Source: a virus. From it: 64,000 bases of DNA. The stretch is taken from the IMG/VR virus record IMGVR_UViG_3300031227_000013; one strand, given 5' to 3'. Shown piece after piece: positions 38,243-46,844 of the stretch. Position numbers and translations under genes: made by a program. Position 1 is the stretch's first letter, and every line of letters starts with the position of its first letter. A model generated the notes under the pieces. It saw only the letters and a list, made by a program, of their open reading frames with translations, had not been told where the DNA came from and ran no database searches.

Positions 38243-38487
38243 ATTGTATACTCCCTTCTATATTCCCATATCCAGCCCCTTCCTCTTATAAAGAATATAG
38301 GTATTGTGTAGGCTGTGTTATTATACTGCAGATTTGCCTTAATCCCTTTTATACTCTTTATTTTAGCCGGGAGTATATCAGCCCTCCCCACAGACCATCT
38401 TTTTCTATATACAGAGTCACCATTATTCAGCTGCCCTTTATATAGTATGGGCTGTCCATTTATATTATGTAAAACTCCCTGTTCCAT
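38239..38487 (-). CDS. GQL/GW family paralog
   Basis: HNINGQPILYKGQLNNGD...RGRGWIW. Confidence 0.8.
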   Translation of the reverse strand: MEQGVLHNINGQPILYKGQLNNGDSVYRKRWSVGRADILPAKIKSIKGIKANLQYNNTAYTIPIFFIRGRGWIWEYRREYTI

Positions 38488-38518
38488 TAGTAGTCTCCTT
38501 TACTGTTGTATAGTAGTA

Positions 38519-38716
38519 TCAATAGGATGTTTGTATATACCAGCCCAACCCTTTTTTATATATTATAGGGTTTTTATCGGGACCTACATCCAGTATGATT
38601 AATGTACCTGTATCTCCCTTTAATGAGATAACTGTAAAGGTTATATTCCCCCACAGGGTAACACTCACTTCATCCCCTACACTTAACTGCCCTTTGTGTT
38701 TAACGGGCTGTCCCAT
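38519..38716 (-). CDS. GQL/GW family paralog (frame extends upstream to ATA at 38743)
   Basis: (ISEYILHNK)MGQPVKHKGQLSVGD...KGLGWY. Confidence 0.7.
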   Translation of the reverse strand: MGQPVKHKGQLSVGDEVSVTLWGNITFTVISLKGDTGTLIILDVGPDKNPIIYKKGLGWYIQTSY

Positions 38717-38739
38717 CTTGTTATGTAATATGTATTCAC

Positions 38740-38964
38740 TTATAATTCGTGTATTAATAGCCAGCCCATCCCTTTTTCATGCTTTATAGTATATACCACG
38801 AAACTTAATTTATGTTCGACTATACCTCTATCTCCTTGCAGCCCAACGACTTCGAAAAAGAAATCCCTTCCAGGAGTTAAACTTACCATATCTCCCAGAC
38901 TAAGCTGTCCCTTATATACAATAGGCTGTTCCATCCCATTGTATAACATATGTCGTGTCCTCAT
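38740..38964 (-). CDS. GQL/GW family paralog
   Basis: YNGMEQPIVYKGQLSLGD...KGMGWL. Confidence 0.8.
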   Translation of the reverse strand: MRTRHMLYNGMEQPIVYKGQLSLGDMVSLTPGRDFFFEVVGLQGDRGIVEHKLSFVVYTIKHEKGMGWLLIHEL

Positions 38965-39176
38965 ACAGACACCCAGACCCAGCCCGTTCCTTCTTTAAAC
39001 TTTATTGTATGTACATCCCTATCCCAGGCATGTGTAATCTTACCTGTGTCTTCCTCTAGTTCTATTACTAAGTAATGGAAAGATCTAGTGGGATGAAGTA
39101 ATACTGTATCCGCTCTACTGAGCTGCCCCTTATATTTAATGGGCTGCTCTAACTTATTATATAATACCCTACTCAT
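38961..39176 (-). CDS. GQL/GW family paralog
   Basis: YNKLEQPIKYKGQLSRAD...EGTGWVW. Confidence 0.8.
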   Translation of the reverse strand: MSRVLYNKLEQPIKYKGQLSRADTVLLHPTRSFHYLVIELEEDTGKITHAWDRDVHTIKFKEGTGWVWVSV

Positions 39177-39177
39177 A

Positions 39178-39384
39178 CTAATATACCCAGCCCTTCCCTT
39201 TTATATATTTTATATTATATGTATTTGACGGGTTATGGTTGAATATAAGTTTACCTGTATCCCCTTCTACTTCTAACACTTCAAGATCAGTGCTATGGCA
39301 TCTTACTTCATCTCCTTTACAGAGCTGTCCCCTATACTTTATAACCTGCCCTAACTTATTAAACAACATATATTCTCTTCTCAT
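39178..39384 (-). CDS. GQL/GW family paralog
   Basis: FNKLGQVIKYRGQLCKGD...KGKGWVY; start placed at the ATGA overlap. Confidence 0.8.
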   Translation of the reverse strand: MRREYMLFNKLGQVIKYRGQLCKGDEVRCHSTDLEVLEVEGDTGKLIFNHNPSNTYNIKYIKGKGWVY

Positions 39385-39593
39385 ATCGACCTCCAAAACC
39401 AACCATGCCCTTTTCTATACCTTATAGTATAGTTTAAAGGGCGATAAAGATTTTTAATTTTAGCTGTATCTCCTTCCAGCTCAACGACTTTGTAAGAAAC
39501 AGTACTGGTAGATCTAAGGTATATCTTATCCCCTTTATTTAACTGCCCCCTGTGTTTAATGGGCTGTCCTATTAGATTAAATAACGGATGCAT
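39381..39593 (-). CDS. GQL/GW family paralog
   Basis: FNLIGQPIKHRGQLNKGD...KGHGWFW. Confidence 0.8.
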   Translation of the reverse strand: MHPLFNLIGQPIKHRGQLNKGDKIYLRSTSTVSYKVVELEGDTAKIKNLYRPLNYTIRYRKGHGWFWRSI

Positions 39594-39793
39594 CACCAGC
39601 GCCAACCATTTCCTTTTGTATACATCACAACATATATACTACCTGTACGAACTTTTTTAATCCTAGCGATGTTCCCTGCTATTTTAAGCACTGTGTAGAT
39701 GTTCCTACCATTCGGGTAGGCCCTTACTTTGTCCCTTACATTAAGCTGTCCCTTATGTTTAATCTGCTGTCCCATTTCATTGTATAATCTCAT
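39593..39793 (-). CDS. GQL/GW family paralog
   Basis: YNEMGQQIKHKGQLNVRD...KGNGWRW. Confidence 0.8.
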   Translation of the reverse strand: MRLYNEMGQQIKHKGQLNVRDKVRAYPNGRNIYTVLKIAGNIARIKKVRTGSIYVVMYTKGNGWRW

Positions 39794-39794
39794 A

Positions 39795-40016
39795 CTACCA
39801 GCACCAGCCCTTCCCGTCTACGTATAGTGTAAAATACTTACTACCTGTTTTGGGCTTTATCATTACACCTCGTTTGTTTCTTAGTTTTTTAATAACAGCT
39901 CTATTATTTACATCGTAGACGTGTAGACGTATTTGATCCCCTATGTTTAGCTGTCCTTTATGTCTAAGGGGCTGTCCATTTATATTATGTAATATAGTAC
40001 CTCCAAAAGCAGCCAT
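39795..40016 (-). CDS. GQL/GW family paralog
   Basis: HNINGQPLRHKGQLNIGD...DGKGWCW. Confidence 0.8.
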   Translation of the reverse strand: MAAFGGTILHNINGQPLRHKGQLNIGDQIRLHVYDVNNRAVIKKLRNKRGVMIKPKTGSKYFTLYVDGKGWCW

Positions 40017-40057
40017 ATTTATTCTCCTTTCCTGAATTTTCTACCATGGTAGACTTT

Positions 40058-40284
40058 TCATATGTTAGTACTTACTATCCAGCCTTCGTCTTCAAAGTGT
40101 ATCTCGTGCTCACGCTTTGTGATAGAAGTCTGAACTATACCTATGCTACCCTCCAGATGAATTACCTTCATTACATACCATCTCTCCATAAAAACACTTT
40201 GTATATATATATATCATCACCAGCTAACAGCTGTCCTTTATGTGTGATAGGTTGTTTCATCGTATTATGTGCCATATATCGCAT
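40058..40284 (-). pseudogene. GQL/GW paralog frameshifted within a (TA)6 microsatellite
   Basis: MRYMAHNTMKQPITHKGQLLAGDD then a premature TAA; removing one TA unit at 40202-40214 restores a 74 aa ORF ending HFEDEGWIVSTNI. Confidence 0.75.
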
Positions 40285-40486
40285 GTATTAACCAGCCCCT
40301 TCCTTCTTTAAACTGTATCGGGTACATGTAAGGCTTTTTAATGTTATGTTCAGCTGTGCCTGTACTTCCCCTTACTTTAACAACTGTGTAATAGAAAACT
40401 GACTTGGGAACAGTCCTTACTATATCTCCTTTACTGAGTTGTCCCTTATACTTTATGCGCTGTCCCATTTCATTAAATAATCTCAT
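40265..40486 (-). CDS. GQL/GW family paralog
   Basis: FNEMGQRIKYKGQLSKGD...EGRGWL. Confidence 0.8.
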   Translation of the reverse strand: MRLFNEMGQRIKYKGQLSKGDIVRTVPKSVFYYTVVKVRGSTGTAEHNIKKPYMYPIQFKEGRGWLIHAIYGT

Positions 40487-40487
40487 A

Positions 40488-40688
40488 CTACCACACCCAG
40501 CCCCTTCCTTTTTTAAACGCTATAGGAAATACACCCATAGAATATTTAACAGAACCTATATCTCCGTTTAGTTCGATAACTTTGAGACAAGCCCTACCAT
40601 AGCTGGTATCACTTATCATATCCCCTTTATTTAATTGACCTTTATGTATAATGGGCTGTCCTAATTTATTATATATAAAATGTCTCAT
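40488..40688 (-). CDS. GQL/GW family paralog
   Basis: YNKLGQPIIHKGQLNKGD...KGRGWVW. Confidence 0.8.
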   Translation of the reverse strand: MRHFIYNKLGQPIIHKGQLNKGDMISDTSYGRACLKVIELNGDIGSVKYSMGVFPIAFKKGRGWVW

Positions 40689-40689
40689 A

Positions 40690-40890
40690 CTACCACACCC
40701 AGCCCCTTCCTTTTATAAACTGTATCGGGTACCTGCTATACTCTCGGCAGCTCTCCACCCTACCTTCGGTTCCTTTTAATTTGACAACTATGTAGTAGTT
40801 AGTTCTCAGAGGACCGGTCTTTACTGTATCTCCCAGACAGAGCTGTCCCTTATGTATTATGTGCTGTCCCATTTCATTAAATAATCTCAT
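40690..40890 (-). CDS. GQL/GW family paralog
   Basis: FNEMGQHIIHKGQLCLGD...KGRGWVW. Confidence 0.8.
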   Translation of the reverse strand: MRLFNEMGQHIIHKGQLCLGDTVKTGPLRTNYYIVVKLKGTEGRVESCREYSRYPIQFIKGRGWVW

Positions 40891-41096
40891 GCTAACAAGA
40901 ACCAACCCTTCCCTTTTTTAAACTCTATAATATATGTAAGCCTACCATTATGATGTGAGTATCCAACTCTGCCCATATCTCCCTTTAGTTCGATAACTTT
41001 AAAATAAGTAACACTGCATATTACAGTATCTCCTTTACTAACCTGTCCCTTATGTTTTATATGCTGTCCCATTTCATTCTTCAGAATAAATCTCAT
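40887..41096 (-). CDS. GQL/GW family paralog
   Basis: KNEMGQHIKHKGQVSKGD...KGKGWF. Confidence 0.8.
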   Translation of the reverse strand: MRFILKNEMGQHIKHKGQVSKGDTVICSVTYFKVIELKGDMGRVGYSHHNGRLTYIIEFKKGKGWFLLA

Positions 41097-41097
41097 A

Positions 41098-41307
41098 TTA
41101 TCTCACCCAAAACATCCAGCCCTTTTCTTTTGTAAACGATATATGATATGTACAGCCTAGATTACTCATAACCACACCTACAGCTTTACCTAGTTTAATT
41201 ACCTTATAGGGGCGGTCGGAGTAAAGGATAGATACCTTATCATTTATACAGAGCTGTCCCTTGTGTATAAGGGGCTGTCCTAGCTTATTATATAGTTTAT
41301 GTGTCAT
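41098..41307 (-). CDS. GQL/GW family paralog
   Basis: YNKLGQPLIHKGQLCIND...EKGWMFW. Confidence 0.8.
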   Translation of the reverse strand: MTHKLYNKLGQPLIHKGQLCINDKVSILYSDRPYKVIKLGKAVGVVMSNLGCTYHISFTKEKGWMFWVR

Positions 41308-41531
41308 ATATTTAAAATACGCTCCGCGTACCAACCGTTTATTTTCGTAAAAAGAATTTCAAATTTCATAATCCTCGGCCCCGCTAAACTTATAATGCCT
41401 TTCTTACCTTTAAGTTCTATTACTTTAAAATCAGGATTGGGCCATCCGGAAGAACAGCTTACCATATCCCCTTTACTAAGCTGTCCCATATGTCTAACGG
41501 GCTGCTGCATTGTATTATATAATATCTGCAT
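41304..41531 (-). CDS. GQL/GW family paralog
   Basis: YNTMQQPVRHMGQLSKGD...INGWY. Confidence 0.8.
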   Translation of the reverse strand: MQILYNTMQQPVRHMGQLSKGDMVSCSSGWPNPDFKVIELKGKKGIISLAGPRIMKFEILFTKINGWYAERILNI

Positions 41532-41544
41532 TCATCCCTCCTAG

Positions 41545-41736
41545 TTAAGTCGTTGTACTTTCAATTTCAGCCTTATATTCTCTTTCTTCATCCAGAGTGT
41601 TTGACTCCCTGTATTGAGACATTACCCACTCCTCAATATCCGCTTCTGATATCTCAACTCTATCCTCCTTCATAAAGCCATAGCCATTCTCATTCTTAAC
41701 TTTACGACTACTATATATCGATACTATGTGTATCAT
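41545..41736 (-). CDS. Small acidic hypothetical protein
   Basis: 63 aa ORF with ATGA overlap. Confidence 0.5.
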   Translation of the reverse strand: MIHIVSIYSSRKVKNENGYGFMKEDRVEISEADIEEWVMSQYRESNTLDEEREYKAEIESTTT

Positions 41737-41921
41737 TCGTCCTCCAAAGTTGCCAGTTCACCCAGAGCCAGCAGAGTGCTGACTAACTTCCAGTGGACTT
41801 CTTTACAATGACGTTCAAAGCATACATCCCTGAAAACACAGATGTTCTCAAGGAACAAGTAGCAGGCTAAGACTCTTCTCCTGCATACAGGTAGCTCAAA
41901 TATTAATTTATACAGCTTCAT
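41733..41921 (-). CDS. Small hypothetical protein
   Basis: 62 aa ORF with AAGGAGG RBS. Confidence 0.5.
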   Translation of the reverse strand: MKLYKLIFELPVCRRRVLACYLFLENICVFRDVCFERHCKEVHWKLVSTLLALGELATLEDE

Positions 41922-41952
41922 TTTCCCTCCTTAAACCTTTCTTTTGTTGATT

Positions 41953-42324
41953 TCATTCTTCTGGGTAAAAGTCGTCACAGTTAATTTCTTCGGATAGCTT
42001 ATCTGTACTATCAACGCCATCCCAGTGACCCATAGCACACCAAAGCTCCGGGAAAGGCTGATCGAAACTGGGTGATATATATTTTAACCACGCACATTTA
42101 TCACAGCTTTTCTTTTCTTCTTCCTTATACGAATCCATTCTGAGGTTAAACAACTCCTCATCCAACTTACCAATATGTTTAGTCTTTTTTAAGAGTTCGT
42201 TTTCATACTTACATATTGTGCTCCATAGTCTTTCATACTGCATTAAATAACATACAAAATACCCTGTGAATAAACATGCCGCACAGCTCGCTATATAGAA
42301 AAATGTTACTCCGTCCATTGCCAT
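41953..42324 (-). CDS. Membrane-anchored protein with coiled coil and Cys-rich C-terminus
   Basis: N-terminal TM segment; CDKC...WCAMG...C. Confidence 0.55.
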   Translation of the reverse strand: MAMDGVTFFYIASCAACLFTGYFVCYLMQYERLWSTICKYENELLKKTKHIGKLDEELFNLRMDSYKEEEKKSCDKCAWLKYISPSFDQPFPELWCAMGHWDGVDSTDKLSEEINCDDFYPEE

Positions 42325-42348
42325 ACTCCTTTGTTAGTTTCTATTTCA

Positions 42349-42558
42349 TTAGTTCCACACCCAGCCCTTCCCGTCTATAAACTTTATATAAGTTATATCA
42401 TCATCATCTAGGCCTCGAATCTCACCTTCGTCTCCATCTAAGTCAAACACCTCAAAATCAGGGTCTGACCATCCGGAAGAACAACTTACTTCATCTCCTA
42501 TACTCAGCTGCCCCTTATACATTATAGGTTGCTGCATTTTATTATATATGTTATTCAT
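42349..42558 (-). CDS. GQL/GW family paralog
   Basis: YNKMQQPIMYKGQLSIGD...DGKGWVW. Confidence 0.8.
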   Translation of the reverse strand: MNNIYNKMQQPIMYKGQLSIGDEVSCSSGWSDPDFEVFDLDGDEGEIRGLDDDDITYIKFIDGKGWVWN

Positions 42559-42776
42559 TATACGGAGGCTGGATTAAGTAGCCAGCCCTTCCCTTTTATA
42601 AACTTTATAAGATATACATAATTCTGAGTTCTTGCTTTTCCTGTATTTTCTTCAATATATGTTATATTCAGGACATTTCTTGATCTCAATGTTACACGAT
42701 CTCCTATACTAAGTTGTCCTTTATGCTTTATCTTCTGATCCATCTTATTATATAAATTATATGTATATGCTGCCAT
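42558..42776 (-). CDS. GQL/GW family paralog
   Basis: YNKMDQKIKHKGQLSIGD...KGKGWL. Confidence 0.8.
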   Translation of the reverse strand: MAAYTYNLYNKMDQKIKHKGQLSIGDRVTLRSRNVLNITYIEENTGKARTQNYVYLIKFIKGKGWLLNPASV

Positions 42777-43028
42777 TTAATTAGCCTCCTCCTCTACTAA
42801 AATATCCTCCAAATAATCTTTGACTCCCCAGCACCAGCCCTTTCCTTCTATAAACCATATAGGGATCTTACTTGTTCCGGTAGTCATAACTCCGGTATTT
42901 CCGTTGAGGTTAGTAATAGTTCTTTCTATCCGTACCAGCCCTTCAGCATATCGATATACAATATCTCTTAAAACCAACTGCCCCCTATACATTATAGGTT
43001 GCTGCATTTTATTATATATGTTATTCAT
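42777..43028 (-). CDS. GQL/GW family paralog
   Basis: YNKMQQPIMYRGQLVLRD...EGKGWCW. Confidence 0.8.
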   Translation of the reverse strand: MNNIYNKMQQPIMYRGQLVLRDIVYRYAEGLVRIERTITNLNGNTGVMTTGTSKIPIWFIEGKGWCWGVKDYLEDILVEEEAN

Positions 43029-43243
43029 TATATGGAACTGGGGTTAAGTAACCAGCCCGTTCCTTCTATAAACTTTATAGAGTATGAATGCCAATCGGAG
43101 CTTACTGTCCCGTTATTCCCTTCAATACGTAGTACATTCAGCTCAGTTTCTTTTACCATTATATTATCTCCTACACTAAGCTGTCCTCTATGCTTTATAT
43201 CCTGCTTCATTTTATTAAATAAGGTGTATGTGTACCCTGCCAT
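43028..43243 (-). CDS. GQL/GW family paralog
   Basis: FNKMKQDIKHRGQLSVGD...EGTGWL. Confidence 0.8.
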   Translation of the reverse strand: MAGYTYTLFNKMKQDIKHRGQLSVGDNIMVKETELNVLRIEGNNGTVSSDWHSYSIKFIEGTGWLLNPSSI

Positions 43244-43307
43244 TTAATTAGTCTCCTTCTGTGCTTGTAGTTATAATAAAGAGAGGGCTGCTAACCCTCT
43301 CTCTCCA

Positions 43308-43802
43308 TCATTCATTACATATTATTATTATTCCTATAGCCCCGCAGAAAAGCATTACTAAAGTGCCCCATCCGAATATCGCGAACAGCGCATTAAACGG
43401 ATATACACTTATTCCTTCGGGAACTAATACGCTTTTCTCCCCCTTGGAATACATTATACTCCCCCTTAATTTTAGCAACACGCTGCTTTTTGTCAGCATA
43501 TTCGCATCTTTAGGCATCTTCTTAAGCTCCTCTTTGGCCGCTAATATATTCGTGTACCAGAACTGAATATCCTCAGAAGGGTCCTCAAATGTTATAGAGG
43601 TATACCCGTTGGTAAGTTCATTGTCTTTAAGATATTTAAGGGCTATCTCCAGCTCCTGTACAGCTAAAGGTACTGTGGTAGCGTCTGAGGCTCTTTTTAG
43701 ATGTCCTTCACAAGCTATCTTAAAATTAGCGGATTTTGTCGTTCTTATAACAACCCATAATAGAAACGGAGCTATTAACATCAGACACAATACTACTTTC
43801 AT
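43308..43802 (-). CDS. Two-TM membrane protein
   Basis: Hydrophobic N- and C-terminal segments. Confidence 0.6.
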   Translation of the reverse strand: MKVVLCLMLIAPFLLWVVIRTTKSANFKIACEGHLKRASDATTVPLAVQELEIALKYLKDNELTNGYTSITFEDPSEDIQFWYTNILAAKEELKKMPKDANMLTKSSVLLKLRGSIMYSKGEKSVLVPEGISVYPFNALFAIFGWGTLVMLFCGAIGIIIICNE

Positions 43803-43867
43803 ACTTACTCTCCTAGTTTGTTTGGGTTTACTCCATTTTCTACCATGGTAGACTTTTTACTTCTAGA

Positions 43868-44143
43868 CTATGCAACTTCTTTAACAAGACATTCCAGTAC
43901 TCCGGGAGCACAACTGCATCCCCCTGTATGACACTCTGTTACTATGTACTCTTCACCATCTTCAGATTTTTCAATATCATAATGAAGGAGTTCATCATCA
44001 AGAGTATCTTCTTCAATACCGTTCCAACAGGATATCATTTCTTCGGGGCATTCTAGAAATTTCCAGTCAATATTTTGATCCGCAACATCTCCACGATCTA
44101 CGGCACGTAATATTTTGTTTACGAATTCTTTGTTTTTCTGCAT
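43868..44143 (-). CDS. Acidic hypothetical protein
   Basis: 91 aa ORF with AAAGGA RBS. Confidence 0.55.
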   Translation of the reverse strand: MQKNKEFVNKILRAVDRGDVADQNIDWKFLECPEEMISCWNGIEEDTLDDELLHYDIEKSEDGEEYIVTECHTGGCSCAPGVLECLVKEVA

Positions 44144-44159
44144 GATATGTTCCTTTAGT

Positions 44160-45398
44160 TTAGTTTGTTTTTAGAAAACCTAATGTCGTCATGTTCGCAT
44201 GACGCATTCCTTCGTAATTCTGATCCATTATAGTACAGCTGTTATCCGGAGCTAATACTTTGTTCAGCTTAGTTCCGTGTCTCGCTTTATTATTCAGAGT
44301 TATAAATACTAATCCGTCTTTCTCCGTATTATCAACCAACTTATTTATAGCGTCCCATCTCCTTTGTATTAAAGGTCCGTTATAGTCTAAGTGGCTGACT
44401 CTGAACTTGTTATGTATTTCTCCATCAAGAATAAGCTTATCGACATCTCCCTTTAAAAGAGGCATATCCATTCCCATATTCTTCTTAATTAAATGTTGTA
44501 GTATACGATACTGCATCTGATACAACTCAACACCTAAGCTATTTTCTATATCTATATTAAAGGCTTTCGATATACGTAGCAGTTCTCTGCCGTTTCCCGG
44601 AAGCGATAGGAAGTTGAAATCATTTCCCACATATTTACCGATAATATCAAACATCATCTCTGTCACATTCTCTTTACCGGGAGTAGAATACCTGTCATTA
44701 TCCTCGAGGAGAGTATTATATTTCTTGTTACTCCCACGGGAAGCTTTAAGGTCTATATAACATTTCCATGGACAGCCTTGTCCATTAACTACATGATTAT
44801 ATACGTCTTTAGTGAAAACAGTTTTACATTCATTACATATAATATCTGACAAAAAAACCCTATAGTTACCATACTTGTTCTTTGACGTTATACGTTTACA
44901 AATGGAATAATCATAATTAGTACCATTTATTTTTAAACCTTTCCTAATAATACTAAGTATTTTTGGCTTTCCCTCATTATCATAGCATACATGTGGACAA
45001 CCCTGCCCTTGTAAATGATTATCGGGTTTTTGTTTAAAAATATTTTCACATTCATTACATATTATTAAAATCTTTTTATGAATGCCTTTATATTTAGCTT
45101 TAGAATAACTATAATTATTACCATGTACTTTGAAACACCTGTTACGAAATTCTTCTTCAGTAAACCTAGTGCTCTTTGCCCAGCATCTTTTAGGACATCC
45201 ACCTGCAGAATTCATCAAATGGTTTTTAGGAGATAGTAGGAATTCTGTATGGCATTTATTACATATTATAAGTATTTTGGTAATCCTGTTTATATAAACC
45301 ATTCTTGAATAATTAAACTTATTGCCGTGTTTTTTTATAAAATCAGCTGTTGCCTGTTCTTGTGTTTTAGGCTTTGGACCTTTTCTCTTTTTAACCAT
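44160..45398 (-). CDS. Triple Zn-ribbon repeat protein (homing-endonuclease-type DNA-binding repeats) with a methyltransferase-like Rossmann C-terminus
   Basis: 3x (HG..Y.YS...IICNxC..F....NH..G.GCP); C-terminal FLSLPGNG...LGVE...KGDV...HLDYNG. Confidence 0.5.
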   Translation of the reverse strand: MVKKRKGPKPKTQEQATADFIKKHGNKFNYSRMVYINRITKILIICNKCHTEFLLSPKNHLMNSAGGCPKRCWAKSTRFTEEEFRNRCFKVHGNNYSYSKAKYKGIHKKILIICNECENIFKQKPDNHLQGQGCPHVCYDNEGKPKILSIIRKGLKINGTNYDYSICKRITSKNKYGNYRVFLSDIICNECKTVFTKDVYNHVVNGQGCPWKCYIDLKASRGSNKKYNTLLEDNDRYSTPGKENVTEMMFDIIGKYVGNDFNFLSLPGNGRELLRISKAFNIDIENSLGVELYQMQYRILQHLIKKNMGMDMPLLKGDVDKLILDGEIHNKFRVSHLDYNGPLIQRRWDAINKLVDNTEKDGLVFITLNNKARHGTKLNKVLAPDNSCTIMDQNYEGMRHANMTTLGFLKTN

Positions 45399-45415
45399 AA
45401 TTTTCCTTCATAATA

Positions 45416-45443
45416 AAAGGGAGTGTACTTGTTGTACACTCCC
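45416..45443 (-). terminator. Hairpin/terminator between the radical SAM and Zn-ribbon genes
   Basis: GGGAGTGTAC-AACAA-GTACACTCCC followed by TTTT. Confidence 0.6.
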
Positions 45444-45455
45444 AGCCCTTTTAAA

Positions 45456-46286
45456 CTATATATCCAATCCCCGCTCTTTCAGGGGCTCCAGCCCCAGTAA
45501 AGGCCTCAGATCGGAAGCCCATCTTATTTTTTTGTCCTTCCCGTACTTAGCATACAATTCTTTAATCCTGTCTTCATCCTTTTCAGTCAGCAATTCATTC
45601 ATCCTGTCCATATATGTAGCATCATTGTCCGTGTTGCGTTTTATACGGACTTCGGGATGACGTATTACCCCTATCCATATGTCTCTTGATGTTATGTTAC
45701 GGACATCTCTGACAACTGCTTCGATATTATTGTCGAGCATTGGAATCGTAGACACACTTGTATGAAATCCAGCTCCTGTCATATAGGTAAGACACGCTAT
45801 CCGTTCTTCATATTCAGGTGCTCCGGGTTCCCAGAAGTCCAGAATACTCTGGTCCTTAGAACCTATTGTAACTCTGATCTCGATATTTTTTTGATAGTCC
45901 CTCAGCCTATCAATTACTTTACGGGTACACCCAAGATTAGGCTTAGTCACCAGAAGAATCTTAGCTACAGCCTTACGCTCCATTATCTTCTTAATCACCT
46001 CAATACTGTAATCAATAGTGTTCTCTGTTATATCGTGAGTGTTAGGGAACATTATTGTTGCTGGCTTACCTATAAGTTTTATTTTTCCCGGGGCCAGTTC
46101 TGATAATATACTGGACATTTTACGGGGTGTCGGTATATACTTATTTTTACTATTTATCTGTTTTAACTGTAATTTACGACAACTTGCATAACAATATCTG
46201 CAACCATATTCGCATCCATTGAATGCTCCCATGTTAATATGACTCCACATATTAGCTCCAGCAGGTGTTCGTTTTACTTTTTCCAA
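45456..46286 (-). CDS. Radical SAM protein (spore photoproduct lyase-like/DUF5131-like)
   Basis: GCEYGCRYCYA CxxxCxxC motif; LLVTKP; FWEPGAPEYEERI. Confidence 0.8.
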   Translation of the reverse strand: MEKVKRTPAGANMWSHINMGAFNGCEYGCRYCYASCRKLQLKQINSKNKYIPTPRKMSSILSELAPGKIKLIGKPATIMFPNTHDITENTIDYSIEVIKKIMERKAVAKILLVTKPNLGCTRKVIDRLRDYQKNIEIRVTIGSKDQSILDFWEPGAPEYEERIACLTYMTGAGFHTSVSTIPMLDNNIEAVVRDVRNITSRDIWIGVIRHPEVRIKRNTDNDATYMDRMNELLTEKDEDRIKELYAKYGKDKKIRWASDLRPLLGLEPLKERGLDI

Positions 46287-46330
46287 AATGTAATACTCCT
46301 GTTAAATTTAGTTTCTATGATGAATCTGCT

Positions 46331-46573
46331 CTATCCAGAACTCTGACTGTCCCATTCCCAACCTCTATCTTTATTAAAGTATATTTTATATTTTGTAGGA
46401 TTTGTGATTCTACCGGTGTAACATATTACACCGATCCTGCCCTTAAGCTCTATTACCTTAAAATCCGGAGTTCCTCCGGGGCAACAGCTCACCTCATCCC
46501 CCATAGTCAGCTGTCCTTTATATTTAATGTATTGTCCCTTATAATTATGTAAAGAATTTAAACTCTTACTCAT
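46331..46573 (-). CDS. GQL/GW family paralog
   Basis: HNYKGQYIKYKGQLTMGD...DRGWEW. Confidence 0.8.
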   Translation of the reverse strand: MSKSLNSLHNYKGQYIKYKGQLTMGDEVSCCPGGTPDFKVIELKGRIGVICYTGRITNPTKYKIYFNKDRGWEWDSQSSG

Positions 46574-46584
46574 ATCTCCTCCCT

Positions 46585-46830
46585 TTATTCATACGAATAA
46601 CCTTCGTGATCCGTCCAGCGCCAGCCCTCTTCTTTTGTAAATGTAATATCATTCACATCGGTAGCGTCTACTTTGTTTTCCACTGTTCCCTTATTCTTAT
46701 TAATAGATCTTATAATCCCATGAAACATCGTAGACGGAGGAGGTGAATAATATATCTCATCCCCCACACTTATCTGACCCCTGTGTCTAAGGGGCTGTCC
46801 CAGCATATTGTATAACCGTTTTTTAGACAT
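46585..46830 (-). CDS. GQL/GW family paralog
   Basis: YNMLGQPLRHRGQISVGD...EEGWRW. Confidence 0.8.
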   Translation of the reverse strand: MSKKRLYNMLGQPLRHRGQISVGDEIYYSPPPSTMFHGIIRSINKNKGTVENKVDATDVNDITFTKEEGWRWTDHEGYSYE

Positions 46831-46844
46831 AATACCCCTTTCTA

